A DNA stretch of 64,000 nucleotides from an uncultured Thiotrichales bacterium (GCA_964636225.1 CAZWQM010000003.1:66172-130171); one strand, 5' to 3'. Shown: positions 51,710-62,165, counted from the stretch's first letter. Notes: generated from the sequence alone by a model not told the origin. Translations and numbers: made by a program.

Positions 51710-52726
51710 TTACAGCCTGGCGATGATATTATCCGCAAATTCCATCGTTTTTGCGGTACCACCCAGATCAACCGTTAAGCCTTCACCACTGGTTAATTGT
51801 TCATCCAGCGCTTCACGCAAACAAGTTGCTTTGTCCGGCTCGCCGACATGATCCAGCATCAGCGCAGCCGCCAGCATGAGTGCGGTAGGGTTCGCAATTT
51901 GCTTGCCTGCAATGTCGGGTGCAGAACCATGCACCGCTTCAAAGATAGAAGCATCTTTACCAATATTCGCCGAAGGCGCCAGACCCAGACCACCGACCAA
52001 CCCGGCAATTTCGTCCGATAAAATATCACCAAACATATTGGTAGTAATCAGCACATCAAACTGGTTTGGATTCAGCACCAATTGCATTGCACAATTGTCA
52101 ACTATACGTTGTTCGACTTCTAACTGGCCTTCATATTTTTTGCCCAGTTCAGTCGCAGTTTCCAAAAACAGGCCGGTCAGTTTTTTAAGGATATTGGCTT
52201 TGTGAACGATAGTGACTTTTTTACGATTATTTTTAATCGCCCAATTAAATGCAAACTCGGCAAAACGGGTACAACCATAACGTGTGATTATGCCCGAGGC
52301 TTCCGCTACAGCTTTGGGGTCACCGGCAATCGGAATGTAGTGCTCAACACCGACATACAGTCCTTCCAGATTTTCCCTGATCAACACAAGATCGACATTT
52401 TCAAAACGACCACCTAACAAGAAACTTCTGGCCGGGCGCACGTTGGCAAATAATTCAAACTCTTCACGCAACCGCACATTGATCGAACGGAATCCACTGC
52501 CTACCGGAGTCGTCAACGGGCCTTTTAGCGCCAGCTTGGTATTACGAATACTTTCCAGGGTTGTTTGTGGTAGAGGATCTCCATATCTGGTTTCAGCCGC
52601 AACACCACCCAGTTGCTCATCCCAATCAAAAGATGCGCCCAGTGCTTCGAGTACTTTAAGCGTGGCTTTTACAATCTCCGGGCCAATACCATCCCCCGGT
52701 ATTAACGTGGCAGGTATTTTTTCCAT
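51710..52726 (-). CDS. NAD-dependent isocitrate/isopropylmalate dehydrogenase family enzyme (short IDH-like)
   Basis: IPGDGIGPEI at the N-terminus, then ...NLRP..., GSAPDIAGK and NPTALMLAAALML. Confidence 0.75.
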   Translation of the reverse strand: MEKIPATLIPGDGIGPEIVKATLKVLEALGASFDWDEQLGGVAAETRYGDPLPQTTLESIRNTKLALKGPLTTPVGSGFRSINVRLREEFELFANVRPARSFLLGGRFENVDLVLIRENLEGLYVGVEHYIPIAGDPKAVAEASGIITRYGCTRFAEFAFNWAIKNNRKKVTIVHKANILKKLTGLFLETATELGKKYEGQLEVEQRIVDNCAMQLVLNPNQFDVLITTNMFGDILSDEIAGLVGGLGLAPSANIGKDASIFEAVHGSAPDIAGKQIANPTALMLAAALMLDHVGEPDKATCLREALDEQLTSGEGLTVDLGGTAKTMEFADNIIARL

Positions 52727-52961
52727 GTCATCCTTCCTTATCGTTGTCAGCAGCTGATGGATAATTACTCAGCCAATACTAAAATTTCTTAATGACATTA
52801 TCTCTTTATTCAATCCATATGAAAACTGGCCCAGTCAAACAATATTGATAAACGTGTAAATAATTCACTCATTAAGGTGCATATAGTGGGTTATGTTATT
52901 ACATTGTGCTTATTTACTAAGCACAGGAGATAGAATCGAAATCAGTAAAGATTAAGACTCA

Positions 52962-53116
52962 TGCTGTTTGATAAAATCACGGATAAAACGTCGGATCTCT
53001 CTCGCGGCACTGGTATCCAGATCATCACATAATGAGACAAATTCATCCCGCTCTTTTTTGTGAATGCGAATCACTAGCTGGCTGTTTTTATTTTTATTTT
53101 TTGCTTTATCGCTCAT
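52962..53116 (-). CDS. unlisted 51-aa ribbon-helix-helix-like small protein (it falls below the ORF-track length cutoff)
   Basis: The reverse-strand translation is MSDKAKNKNKNSQLVIRIHKKERDEFVSLCDDLDTSAAREIRRFIRDFIKQH*. The stop is the TGA at 52962-52964. It has a basic N-terminal beta-strand and then two helices. A perfect palindrome, ATATACA-A-TGTATAT, lies about 25 nt upstream of its start (about nt 53140-53154). Confidence 0.45.
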
Positions 53117-53568
53117 TACCCTGATCGTCCTGATCCAAAGATATACAATGTATATACATTATAATGCGCAAACTTTTGGTGCGTCAATGTAACTAGTCGT
53201 GGCTATTCGTCCACTTGCCTTCAGAACGAGCGGTCTATTCAGGATAAAATCCCAACGCGTGTTGTTAGATCAAAACAATGGCCGATGTATATGTGCCGTA
53301 TAGAGGGAAAGTGCGCCTAAGCATACTGGCGACTTTCAGTGACAAAGAACTGAAGACAGCAATACTATATCGTCCACCCACACCATGTTGATGAACCCGA
53401 GTTAAATACCCCACGCCAAAACAGGGAATGCGTACATGCCGCTTCACATGACTTGAAGTACAAATATCGACGATCGATACTAGCTGCAGTTAAGCGTGAT
53501 TAAGTTACCCGCCAGGCATTGTTGCAAGATTGATATTTTTTAAAATTTGCGTGAATTTTTATAAAAAA

Positions 53569-54894
53569 TTATACAGCCGAACCTATCAGGTCATATTCTG
53601 TCGCTTCTTCTATTTCAACCCGAACAATTTCACCCACCTGCAACGGTTGATTACTGTAAACGTGTACCGCGCCGTCAATTTCAGGCGCATCCGCGTAACT
53701 TCGGCCTATGACTTGCTTTGGAGTGACTTCATCGATCAATACATCCAGCGTCTGTCCAACTTTTTCTTCCAGCTTATTTTCACTAATTTCTTGTTGCAAC
53801 TGCATGAGTCGATGCCATCTTTCTTCCTTAAGTTCATCCGCGACCTGGCCTTCAAGCTCATTAGATTTAGCACCTTCGACCGGGGAATATTGAAAGCAGC
53901 CCACACGGTCCAGCTCAGCATGTTTCAGGAATGTTAATAATTGTTCAAAGTCTTCATCTGTTTCACCGGGGAACCCAACAATAAAAGTGCTACGAATGGC
54001 AATTTGCGGACAAAGTTCGCGCCAGCGTTGTATCTGCTCCAAAGTGCGATCACTTGAGGCCGGACGTTTCATGCGCTTTAACACATCGTAACTGGCATGC
54101 TGAAATGGCGCATCAATATAAGGAAGTATTTTTCCTTCTGCCATTAAAGGAATTACTTCTTCAACATGCGGATACGGATACACATAATGCAAACGTACCC
54201 AGATACCCAACTCACCCAACGCCTTGCATAAATCCAGCATCGTGTTGTTATACACTTTGCCTCTCCATAACTGCGATTCATATTTGATATCCAGTCCGTA
54301 AGCGCTGGTGTCCTGCGATATCACCAGCAATTCCTTCACCCCTGCGGCAGCCAGTTTTTCGGCTTCCTCTATCACATCATGCAACTGCCGACTTTGCAGT
54401 TTGCCACGCATGGAAGGAATAATGCAGAAAGTACATTTATGATTACAGCCTTCGGAAATTTTTATATACGCATAATGTCTGGGCGTTAACTTGATTCCCT
54501 GTGGTGGCAGCAACTCAATAAACGGATCATGCTTCATTGGCAGTGATTTACGTACAGCCTGCATCACCGAGTCCACATCCTGCGGGCCGGAAATACTTAA
54601 TACATTATTTGGAATAGCTTGTATGTCGTCGGCATTCACACCCATGCATCCGGTGACAATGACTTTGCCATTCTGCGCTAGTGCCTCACTGATCGCTTCC
54701 AGAGATTCCTGTTTAGCCGAATCAATAAATCCACAAGTATTTACAATAACGGCATCCGCCCCCTCATATTCATTGGCGATTTGATATCCTTCGCTACGCA
54801 GCTGGGTAATAATACGTTCCGAGTCCACTAAGGCTTTAGGGCAACCCAGACTAATCATCCCCACCGAAGGACTGTTGTTATTTTCGCTCGTCAT
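53569..54894 (-). CDS. rimO: ribosomal protein S12 methylthiotransferase
   Basis: An MTTase N-domain ([13 protein letters not shown]), the radical-SAM motif CNHKCTFC, and a C-terminal TRAM domain. Confidence 0.9.
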   Translation of the reverse strand: MTSENNNSPSVGMISLGCPKALVDSERIITQLRSEGYQIANEYEGADAVIVNTCGFIDSAKQESLEAISEALAQNGKVIVTGCMGVNADDIQAIPNNVLSISGPQDVDSVMQAVRKSLPMKHDPFIELLPPQGIKLTPRHYAYIKISEGCNHKCTFCIIPSMRGKLQSRQLHDVIEEAEKLAAAGVKELLVISQDTSAYGLDIKYESQLWRGKVYNNTMLDLCKALGELGIWVRLHYVYPYPHVEEVIPLMAEGKILPYIDAPFQHASYDVLKRMKRPASSDRTLEQIQRWRELCPQIAIRSTFIVGFPGETDEDFEQLLTFLKHAELDRVGCFQYSPVEGAKSNELEGQVADELKEERWHRLMQLQQEISENKLEEKVGQTLDVLIDEVTPKQVIGRSYADAPEIDGAVHVYSNQPLQVGEIVRVEIEEATEYDLIGSAV

Positions 54895-54983
54895 AAATAA
54901 ATAGCTATCAAATACGGGTAGTGATTAATATTTTATATATATAGTAGGCTTCTCGTCTGTCGCGCATTAAAACACACATCACC

Positions 54984-56345
54984 ATGGGTCAGATACTTTT
55001 CTCCGCAGCACATAAATCATCTGGTAAAACCATCACCACCACGGGAATTTGTGCCGCCCTGCGCGCAAACAATAAAGTGGTACAGCCGTTTAAAAAAGGT
55101 CCGGATTATATAGACCCTATGTGGCTTGCAACCGCCGCTCAGCGCCCTTGTTATAACCTGGATTTCTGGACACAGTCGAATCAGGAAATATTGGATCTAT
55201 TCTACCGCAAGAGTGTCGACGCCGATATTTCAATTATTGAGGCTAACAAAGGCCTTTATGATGGCCTGGCCCTTGATGGCAGCAACAGTAACGCCGCGTT
55301 AGCCAAATTACTCAAATCGCCCGTGGTACTGGTTCTGGATTGCCGTGGCACCATAAGAGGCATTGCGCCACTATTACTAGGTTACCAGCAGTTTGACCCG
55401 GAGGTTAATATTCAGGGCGTGATTTTAAATTTTGTCGGTGGAAGTAGACACGAAATAAAATTGCGTCAGGTAGTCGAGCATTACACGAATTTAAAAGTAC
55501 TGGGTGCGATACGACGTAATGAAGTACTCACTTTAGAAGAACGACATCTGGGCCTGATACCCAGCAATGAAGACACTATGGCTTTAGAAAAAACCCGGTC
55601 GTTGGCCAATCTTATTAGTAGCCAGGTAGATCTTGAGGCCCTAATCCAACTAGCTGCTCCCGTTTCAGAAAGACACGTTCCTTCCAGAGCGGTCAATGCG
55701 TCGTTTAATCTGCGTATCGGTTATGCCAGGGATAAAGCATTTGGTTTTTATTACCCGGATGATCTGGAAACTTTTCATCAACTTGGTGCGACGCTGGTCC
55801 CTTTTGACACAATACAAGACAAACAATTACCGAATGTGGATGCGCTGTTTATTGGTGGCGGATTCCCGGAAAAATTTATGTCCGATCTGCAAAATAATCA
55901 CACTATGCGCAGTCAGATAAACAATGCGTTGTCACAGGGAATGCCAGCTTATGCGGAATGCGGCGGACTGATGTATTTATGCAACACGATACACTATCAG
56001 AATTCATCTGCTTCCATGGCAGGGGTCATTAATGCCGATTGTATTATGACACCCACACCCCAGGGTCGCGGCTATATCCAGTTTCGAGAGAATACACAGG
56101 CCTTTTGGCCTAACAGCCCATCTTCATTAATCAATGCGCATGAATTTCATTACTCTCAATTATCCGGATTAAGCGAAAACTGCACAATGGTATTTGACGT
56201 TACTCGCGGCAGCGGCATTAAAAACCGGCAAGATGGTATTCACATTCATAACACACTCGCATGCTATGCACATCAACGTCACACAGCACAAAACCCCTGG
56301 ATTTCGAAGTTTTTGAGCTTTGTGAAATCCTGTCAGGGCAATTAG
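54984..56345 (+). CDS. cbiA: cobyrinate/hydrogenobyrinate a,c-diamide synthase
   Basis: The N-terminal P-loop-like SGKTITTTGICAALR is followed by GPDYIDP. A C-terminal glutamine amidotransferase domain has the Cys context YAECGGLMYL. Confidence 0.85.
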   Translation: MGQILFSAAHKSSGKTITTTGICAALRANNKVVQPFKKGPDYIDPMWLATAAQRPCYNLDFWTQSNQEILDLFYRKSVDADISIIEANKGLYDGLALDGSNSNAALAKLLKSPVVLVLDCRGTIRGIAPLLLGYQQFDPEVNIQGVILNFVGGSRHEIKLRQVVEHYTNLKVLGAIRRNEVLTLEERHLGLIPSNEDTMALEKTRSLANLISSQVDLEALIQLAAPVSERHVPSRAVNASFNLRIGYARDKAFGFYYPDDLETFHQLGATLVPFDTIQDKQLPNVDALFIGGGFPEKFMSDLQNNHTMRSQINNALSQGMPAYAECGGLMYLCNTIHYQNSSASMAGVINADCIMTPTPQGRGYIQFRENTQAFWPNSPSSLINAHEFHYSQLSGLSENCTMVFDVTRGSGIKNRQDGIHIHNTLACYAHQRHTAQNPWISKFLSFVKSCQGN

Positions 56346-56407
56346 CTTATAACAGCCCAACCCGCGTATAATCCCTTGAACAAATTTTTTATTGGAAAAT
56401 CTGCATT

Positions 56408-56743
56408 ATGGATGACATAACAATCACCGAAACAGCCGCTCAGCAAGTAAAAAAATCCGCTCTGGAGTCACAAACGGAAAATCTTCCACTGCGTGTTGCT
56501 GTCTCAGTACATGCGGATGGTTCGTTTCACTATGGCATGGGCTTTGATGATGTAGGTAACGCAAATGGTGAGGATGTTAACTATCATTCCAACGGTGTTG
56601 ATATTGTCATCGCCAAAGCCAGCATCGAATTATTAAAAGGGACAGTGATCGATTATGCCGAACTGGAACCCAGGCAATTTCATTTTATATTCATGAATCC
56701 CAATGATCCCAATTATACCGCGGCGGAATCAAGCTCAAAATAA
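56408..56743 (+). CDS. HesB/IscA-like fold protein lacking the C-terminal cluster-ligating cysteines
   Basis: It has A-type carrier topology (ITITETAAQQV...LRVAV...) but no CGCG or other Cys ligands, like the degenerate A-type domain of NfuA. Confidence 0.4.
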   Translation: MDDITITETAAQQVKKSALESQTENLPLRVAVSVHADGSFHYGMGFDDVGNANGEDVNYHSNGVDIVIAKASIELLKGTVIDYAELEPRQFHFIFMNPNDPNYTAAESSSK

Positions 56744-56783
56744 TCATAGCTAATATTCACTGCGAAAATTCTTTTCATAATCG

Positions 56784-58301
56784 ATGCAAACATTAACAGA
56801 GAAACTCAAAAGCCATGTCAATCTGTCAATGGCCAGTATGTTTTTCGGTTTGAGCTTATCCATTTTCAGCCTCTTTGTTAGCAATCGTTCTGCATGGCTG
56901 TTATGTGCCGGGCTCGCCCTGATTTCAATTGCATTCTGGAACCTATGGTCCAGTTATATTATTCCCGCACAACGGGTAAAAAACTGGACACAAATGATCC
57001 GCGCCGGCGAAATGGGCGCCAAATTTAATCACAAGCCGATTGGTGACTACGTCAGTATTTATCAGGATCTGCAGTTTATTGGTGAAATGCTGCATTCCCT
57101 ATCCAGTAATGCTGAAACTCAGGTACAAAAACATACCGACTACATTGCACAGAAAACTCGTTCACTTTCCATCCTGTATGACGTCGCCAATAGTATTAAC
57201 TTATCCCGGGATGTTGACTCATTATTAAGACAGTTTCTTTTTAACATTACCGAACTGGTTGATGCACAAGCCGCTGTGGCCTATCTGGTTAATAATGATA
57301 ATGACGTAGAGCTACTGACACACATTAACTGCAATGAAGAACTGATTTCCGGGCATGCGAGAAACTGCCTGATAAACCGCAGCAGTAACACTCGAGAAAA
57401 TAGACTTGGAATATTGAATGTCGAGCTGCAGGATTGCGAAGCAGGCTTCTGCCAAAAATATTTCAACTCAAAAAATATATGTAAGCTGGTGATACCTCTG
57501 CAATACCAGGAAAAATTATTAGGCGCTTATATCTTTTATGTTTATAAAGACTCGCTCAATGATTTTGAAGACTTCAATGAGCTATTCACCAGTATTGGCC
57601 GACATCTGGGCGCCGCCATAGAAAAGTCACATCTGGATGAGGAAGCCACCGCCTTATCCATTCTGCGAGAACGCAATCATATTTCCAATGAACTGCACGA
57701 TTCACTGGCGCAAACCCTCACCTGTATTCGCTTTCAAGTCCGCGTTCTGGATGAAACCCTGCATCAGGGTGATGAGGCACAAACTTGGGCTGAAATGGAA
57801 CGCATTGAAGCTTCCATCAATGAAGCACACACGGAAATTCGTGAGCTAATTTCTCACTTCAGATCACCCACCATTTCTGTCAGCCTCATATCCTCGGTTG
57901 AACAGACTATTGACCGTTTTCGCGAAGTCAATGATGAAATTCAGGTGTTTTTTCAAAATGAATGGCCGGAAACCAACTTGCCAGCCGAAACAGAGTTCCA
58001 TATTCTGCGTATAATCCAGGAATCACTGACCAATATCAGAAAACACAGTGACGCAGAAAATGTTCGCATAATGATGTGCTCAACCGGATTGGGCCGATAC
58101 AAAGTTTTAATTGAAGACGATGGCGTCGGCTTTTCTAAACCACCTACCAGCTACCATTCCGGAGAGCATGTAGGTCTTTCCATCATGCGTGACCGGGCCA
58201 AGCGTTTTGGCGGGGAATTTTCGGTAGAAAGTGAAGAAGGCGAAGGCACACGAATTGTTTTAGAATTCGAGGATAAGGCACACACCCATACAACCAACTA
58301 A
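56784..58301 (+). CDS. membrane sensor histidine kinase: HisKA_3 (NarX/UhpB-like) with a cytoplasmic GAF-like region
   Basis: Two N-terminal transmembrane helices, the H-box ELHDSLAQTLT, and HATPase motifs (the N-box region and DDGVGF ... GLSIMRDRA ... GEGTR). Confidence 0.8.
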   Translation: MQTLTEKLKSHVNLSMASMFFGLSLSIFSLFVSNRSAWLLCAGLALISIAFWNLWSSYIIPAQRVKNWTQMIRAGEMGAKFNHKPIGDYVSIYQDLQFIGEMLHSLSSNAETQVQKHTDYIAQKTRSLSILYDVANSINLSRDVDSLLRQFLFNITELVDAQAAVAYLVNNDNDVELLTHINCNEELISGHARNCLINRSSNTRENRLGILNVELQDCEAGFCQKYFNSKNICKLVIPLQYQEKLLGAYIFYVYKDSLNDFEDFNELFTSIGRHLGAAIEKSHLDEEATALSILRERNHISNELHDSLAQTLTCIRFQVRVLDETLHQGDEAQTWAEMERIEASINEAHTEIRELISHFRSPTISVSLISSVEQTIDRFREVNDEIQVFFQNEWPETNLPAETEFHILRIIQESLTNIRKHSDAENVRIMMCSTGLGRYKVLIEDDGVGFSKPPTSYHSGEHVGLSIMRDRAKRFGGEFSVESEEGEGTRIVLEFEDKAHTHTTN

Positions 58302-58310
58302 TAACAGAGC

Positions 58311-58976
58311 ATGAATTCGAATTTACGCGTATTAATCATTGATGACCACACACTGTTTAGAGATGGCTTACAGAGTCTGCTAGAACGACATCATATTGAT
58401 GTTGTAGGCTCACTGGGCGATGGTCATGAGGGAATTCGACTGGCTCAGGAATTAAAACCCGACATCGTCCTGCTGGATATGCGCATGCCCGGGCTATCAG
58501 GTCTGGAAGTACTAAAACAGCTACAACAAAATAACTTTGAAGCCCCTATTGCTATGTTGACGACCAGTAACGATGAACGCGATTTAGTCGAAGCACTGCG
58601 TAATGGCGCCAAAGGTTATCTGTTAAAAGATATGGAACCAGATGATCTGGTCGCAGCATTACGTGAAATTGTCAAAGGCGAAACGGTAGTCGCTCCGAAC
58701 CTCACACAAATTCTGGCACGCGTTGTCAAAGGTGAGCACATTCTCGAATCCGAACCCAGCCCGATTGATGATCTGACACCACGCGAAGCAGAAATTCTGA
58801 GTCTGTTGGCAGAGGGTCAGAGCAATAAAGTCATTGCCCGAAATCTTGGTATTTCAGACGGCACTGTAAAGCTGCATGTGAAAGCCATCTTGCGCAAATT
58901 GAATATTCATTCGCGTGTGGAAGCCGCGGTGATTGCCGTCGAACAGGGACTGCGCGGCAATAAAAAACCTCTTTAA
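58311..58976 (+). CDS. NarL/FixJ-family response regulator (REC plus LuxR-type HTH)
   Basis: The phospho-acceptor is in VLLDMRMPG. A C-terminal LuxR-type helix-turn-helix is LTPREAEILSLLAEGQSNKVIARNL. Confidence 0.85.
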   Translation: MNSNLRVLIIDDHTLFRDGLQSLLERHHIDVVGSLGDGHEGIRLAQELKPDIVLLDMRMPGLSGLEVLKQLQQNNFEAPIAMLTTSNDERDLVEALRNGAKGYLLKDMEPDDLVAALREIVKGETVVAPNLTQILARVVKGEHILESEPSPIDDLTPREAEILSLLAEGQSNKVIARNLGISDGTVKLHVKAILRKLNIHSRVEAAVIAVEQGLRGNKKPL

Positions 58977-58983
58977 ACACCCT

Positions 58984-59427
58984 ATGAAAACTTTTGATCA
59001 ACTTGTTGCAGACGCAGCAATGCACATTACAGAACTCATGCCTTGGGATCTTGCAGAACTGATCGAAAACAATCAGGCAGCGTTGTTAATTGACGTTCGT
59101 GAACCTGAAGAATTCAATGCCATGCACATTGCAAGTTCGATTAATATTCCTCGCGGAATTTTAGAAGCCGCTTCGGAAGCAGGCTACGATGAAACCAACT
59201 CTGAACTGGCCGGTGCACGTGATAAAAATGTTATTGTGATTTGTCGATCAGGCAAACGCAGCTGCCTCGCAGCTCACACACTGCAGCAACTCGGTTTTAA
59301 AAATGCATCCTCGCTCAAAACAGGTTTGCGTGGCTGGAATGACTATGACCAACCCATGATGGACCAACAAGGGCTTGAGGTTGATACGGATGAGGCTGAA
59401 GAATTTCTGCGCCCCAAAGTGGGTTAA
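58984..59427 (+). CDS. single-domain rhodanese-like sulfurtransferase; the start is probably the MKTFDQL Met
   Basis: The active-site loop is CRSGKRS. The longer listed ORF would overlap the regulator gene. Confidence 0.7.
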   Translation: MKTFDQLVADAAMHITELMPWDLAELIENNQAALLIDVREPEEFNAMHIASSINIPRGILEAASEAGYDETNSELAGARDKNVIVICRSGKRSCLAAHTLQQLGFKNASSLKTGLRGWNDYDQPMMDQQGLEVDTDEAEEFLRPKVG

Positions 59428-59594
59428 GCACGGCACTTGTATTCAGCACTCACAAGCACAGACATTCACGCATTTCTCATTCATAATGAACCCGTTACGA
59501 TATCTGTTGATTGGTGCAGTACTGGTCGTCATTCTGGTATGGACTGCATTTTTTGCCGCTGGAATTTTGTAGCTTTTTAACAGACACTGATTAT

Positions 59595-59762
59595 ATGAAA
59601 TTAAGACCCTGGCAAAGAAACCGGTTGGCACTGGTAGCCGTACTTCTGGGAGTTGTGCTAACCGTGAATTACTCAGGCTTTAGCAACGCACAGATACTGT
59701 CTCTGATTGCGTTGTATTTTTTGTTGTTTTTTCTCTACGTAAGATATTTCAATCGCTACTGA
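59595..59762 (+). CDS. small 2-TM membrane peptide (55 aa), with an upstream 28-aa single-TM mini-ORF at 59475-59561
   Basis: MKLRPWQRNRLALVAVLLGVVLTV...LIALYFLLFFLYVRYF. The mini-ORF MNPLRYLLIGAVLVVILVWTAFFAAGIL precedes it. Confidence 0.3.
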   Translation: MKLRPWQRNRLALVAVLLGVVLTVNYSGFSNAQILSLIALYFLLFFLYVRYFNRY

Positions 59763-59823
59763 TAGCGATTCATCAAAGACCGTATCTTCTAAATGCCGAA
59801 AAACAGCCTAAATACTCTGGCCT

Positions 59824-60189
59824 TTAATCGTAGTGTTTATGATATTTTCTACGCGTACCAGCACGCTGGGTAATAATGCCCCTCACGGCACTCACATCAG
59901 AAATTTCAATGGATTGATAACCCTGATTCACCGCTTTTAGCAGCAGTTTTTCATTTTCCTTAAAAAACTGGCGGAATATAAATTCTCCATTAACTTCTGC
60001 AATTACATACTTGCCGTTTTCCACATTTGCGGCAGGGTCGATAATAATAATGCATCCATCCTTAAACTCAGGCTCCATGCTATCGCCCAGCACACGTAAC
60101 GCAAATGGTTCGTCACTGGCACAGCCGCTACTGTTATCAAGGTCTAGCAGTTCAGATGTCTCAGTCATATTCCTAACCTGTCGATTCAA
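59824..60189 (-). CDS. S24-family (LexA/UmuD-like) peptidase domain protein without a DNA-binding domain
   Basis: The catalytic Ser is in LRVLGDSMEP. A downstream Lys (FRQFFKENEKLLLKAV) is in LexA/UmuD-like spacing. The gene overlaps the upstream ABC transporter gene by 17 nt. Confidence 0.65.
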   Translation of the reverse strand: MNRQVRNMTETSELLDLDNSSGCASDEPFALRVLGDSMEPEFKDGCIIIIDPAANVENGKYVIAEVNGEFIFRQFFKENEKLLLKAVNQGYQSIEISDVSAVRGIITQRAGTRRKYHKHYD

Positions 60190-61975
60190 GCTGTTCGTTG
60201 TCTTTTTGCTGTAGTGTCCATAATCGCGAGTATAGCTTATTGTCTAACAGTAATTGAGCATGGGTGCCTTGTTCAACCACTTTGCCCGCATTTATCACAT
60301 ATATTTGATCTGCATCAACAATGGTTGATAAGCGATGCGCAATCATCAGCGAAGTAACATTTTTGGTAACTTTCTGTATCGCCTTCATTACTGCCATTTC
60401 GGTATTGGTATCCAGACTTGAGGTGGCTTCATCAAACACAATTATTTTAGGCTTCTTCAGAATCGCTCGTGCAATGGCCACCCGCTGCACTTCCCCGCCA
60501 GATAATTTAAGGCCGCGCTCGCCTACCACAGTATTCAAGCCATCAGGCAACTTGGCCACAAGTGCATCCAGGTTAGCCAGCGATATGGCCTGCAACAGTT
60601 CCTGCTCACTGGCTTCAGGATTACCATACTGCACGTTAAAACGAATGGTTTCATTAAATAGCATCGTATCCTGCGGCACCATGCTGATATATTTGCGAAG
60701 ACTGTCCTGACGGCAGTGGGCAATGTTTTCCCTGTCGATATAAATAGCCCCTTCACTGGCATCATAAAAGCGGAGTAGTAACCGCGCGATGGTGGACTTG
60801 CCCGAACCTGAAGGGCCAACCACCGCCACTTTTTCCCCCGGGTTTATTTGCAGTGATATGTGATCAAGGATGTTGCGCTCCGGTGTGTAGAAAAAGCTCA
60901 CGTCTTTAAACTGAATCGCACCTTCAGAAATTTTCAATTCCTGCGCATTAGGCGCATCCTGAACTTCCGGCGACTCCTCCAGCAGTTTTGCCAGCAAATC
61001 CATATCTGCCAGCGAATAGGTAATTTGTCGATACACAATACCCAACATATTCATGGGTACAAACAGTTGCAGCATTAATGCGTTCACCAGCACCAGATCG
61101 CCAATCGTCATATTGCCGTCCACCACACCCTGTGCCGCAAAGATCATAATGCCAGTCACGCCTAGTGCGATAATCGCTGCCTGTCCAAAATTGAGAAGGG
61201 ACATCGTGAATGTGCTTTTCACTGATGCCTGTTCCCATTCACTCAGAGTCTTTGTGTAGCGATTCACCTCGTAGTTTTCGTTATTAAAATATTTGACTGT
61301 TTCATAGTTCAACAGGCTGTCGACAGCCTGTGAGTGCGCTTGGGAATCCAGTTTGTTGGCCAGATGACGGTAATGCATACGCCAATTGGTAAACAGCACT
61401 GTGAACACCACATACACCACCACTGTCGCCAGGGTAATAAGTGTGAACTGGGGTTTATAGGCGCTGAATAAAATCGCTGTTACCAGAACAATTTCAAATA
61501 TGGTGGGTATAACGATGAATACAAAATAGTTGGATAAAGAGCTTAAGCTCTGGGTGCCCCGTTCCAGATCACGCGTCACCGAACCCGTGCGTCGATCCAG
61601 ATGAAAGCGAAGAGACAACTGGTGCAGGTGCGACAGCACCTCGGAAGACAAACGTCGAATGGCATGAAAGCGCGCCCGTGCAAACAAAATATCACGCAAT
61701 TCGTTGAATAGTCCAGTGGAAAGGCGCAGCGCACCATAACCTAATAACAGCACAATCGGCAGCTGCAGGACGATTTTTTCAACATCCAGCGAATCGACAA
61801 TATGTTTCAGCAGCAATGGTACACCAACGGTGGCCATTTTTGCGGCGATTAAACAGGCCAGGGCCAGCAATATGCGGCCGCGAAATTCCCACAGATACGG
61901 AAATAGCCGACGTAAATTTTTCCAGTCGGTGCGGGTAGTGTGCGGGTCTTCCGTGCGCGCATGCATTCCCTTCAT
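60173..61975 (-). CDS. ABC exporter, fused permease-ATPase, Atm1/HMT1-like
   Basis: Six transmembrane helices followed by a nucleotide-binding domain. Walker A is GPSGSGKST, signature LSGGEVQRVAIARA, Walker B IIVFDEATSSLD. The N-terminus LRRLFPYLW and the ETVKYFNNE block resemble Atm1-type transporters. Confidence 0.75.
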   Translation of the reverse strand: MKGMHARTEDPHTTRTDWKNLRRLFPYLWEFRGRILLALACLIAAKMATVGVPLLLKHIVDSLDVEKIVLQLPIVLLLGYGALRLSTGLFNELRDILFARARFHAIRRLSSEVLSHLHQLSLRFHLDRRTGSVTRDLERGTQSLSSLSNYFVFIVIPTIFEIVLVTAILFSAYKPQFTLITLATVVVYVVFTVLFTNWRMHYRHLANKLDSQAHSQAVDSLLNYETVKYFNNENYEVNRYTKTLSEWEQASVKSTFTMSLLNFGQAAIIALGVTGIMIFAAQGVVDGNMTIGDLVLVNALMLQLFVPMNMLGIVYRQITYSLADMDLLAKLLEESPEVQDAPNAQELKISEGAIQFKDVSFFYTPERNILDHISLQINPGEKVAVVGPSGSGKSTIARLLLRFYDASEGAIYIDRENIAHCRQDSLRKYISMVPQDTMLFNETIRFNVQYGNPEASEQELLQAISLANLDALVAKLPDGLNTVVGERGLKLSGGEVQRVAIARAILKKPKIIVFDEATSSLDTNTEMAVMKAIQKVTKNVTSLMIAHRLSTIVDADQIYVINAGKVVEQGTHAQLLLDNKLYSRLWTLQQKDNEQLESTG

Positions 61976-62165
61976 GACAGTATTTTGTCCTTATTGTTTA
62001 ATATTTTCTTATCAATTTATTTAATAAAAAAATTCTATGTAAATTGATCAACTAATTTTCAACGCGGTCAGAATCGAGCTAAAAATTGTAACTACGCGAT
62101 AGTACACATTATTTTTATTTCAGGCGGTTTATTTCACAAGTTATCCACAGCTTACTGACACCTCT

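Noticed and set aside
53265-53447. A 60-aa minus-strand ORF in the idh-rimO spacer
   Set aside because: It has no start context, no motifs and an odd composition. The region is better treated as non-coding, as noted in the findings.
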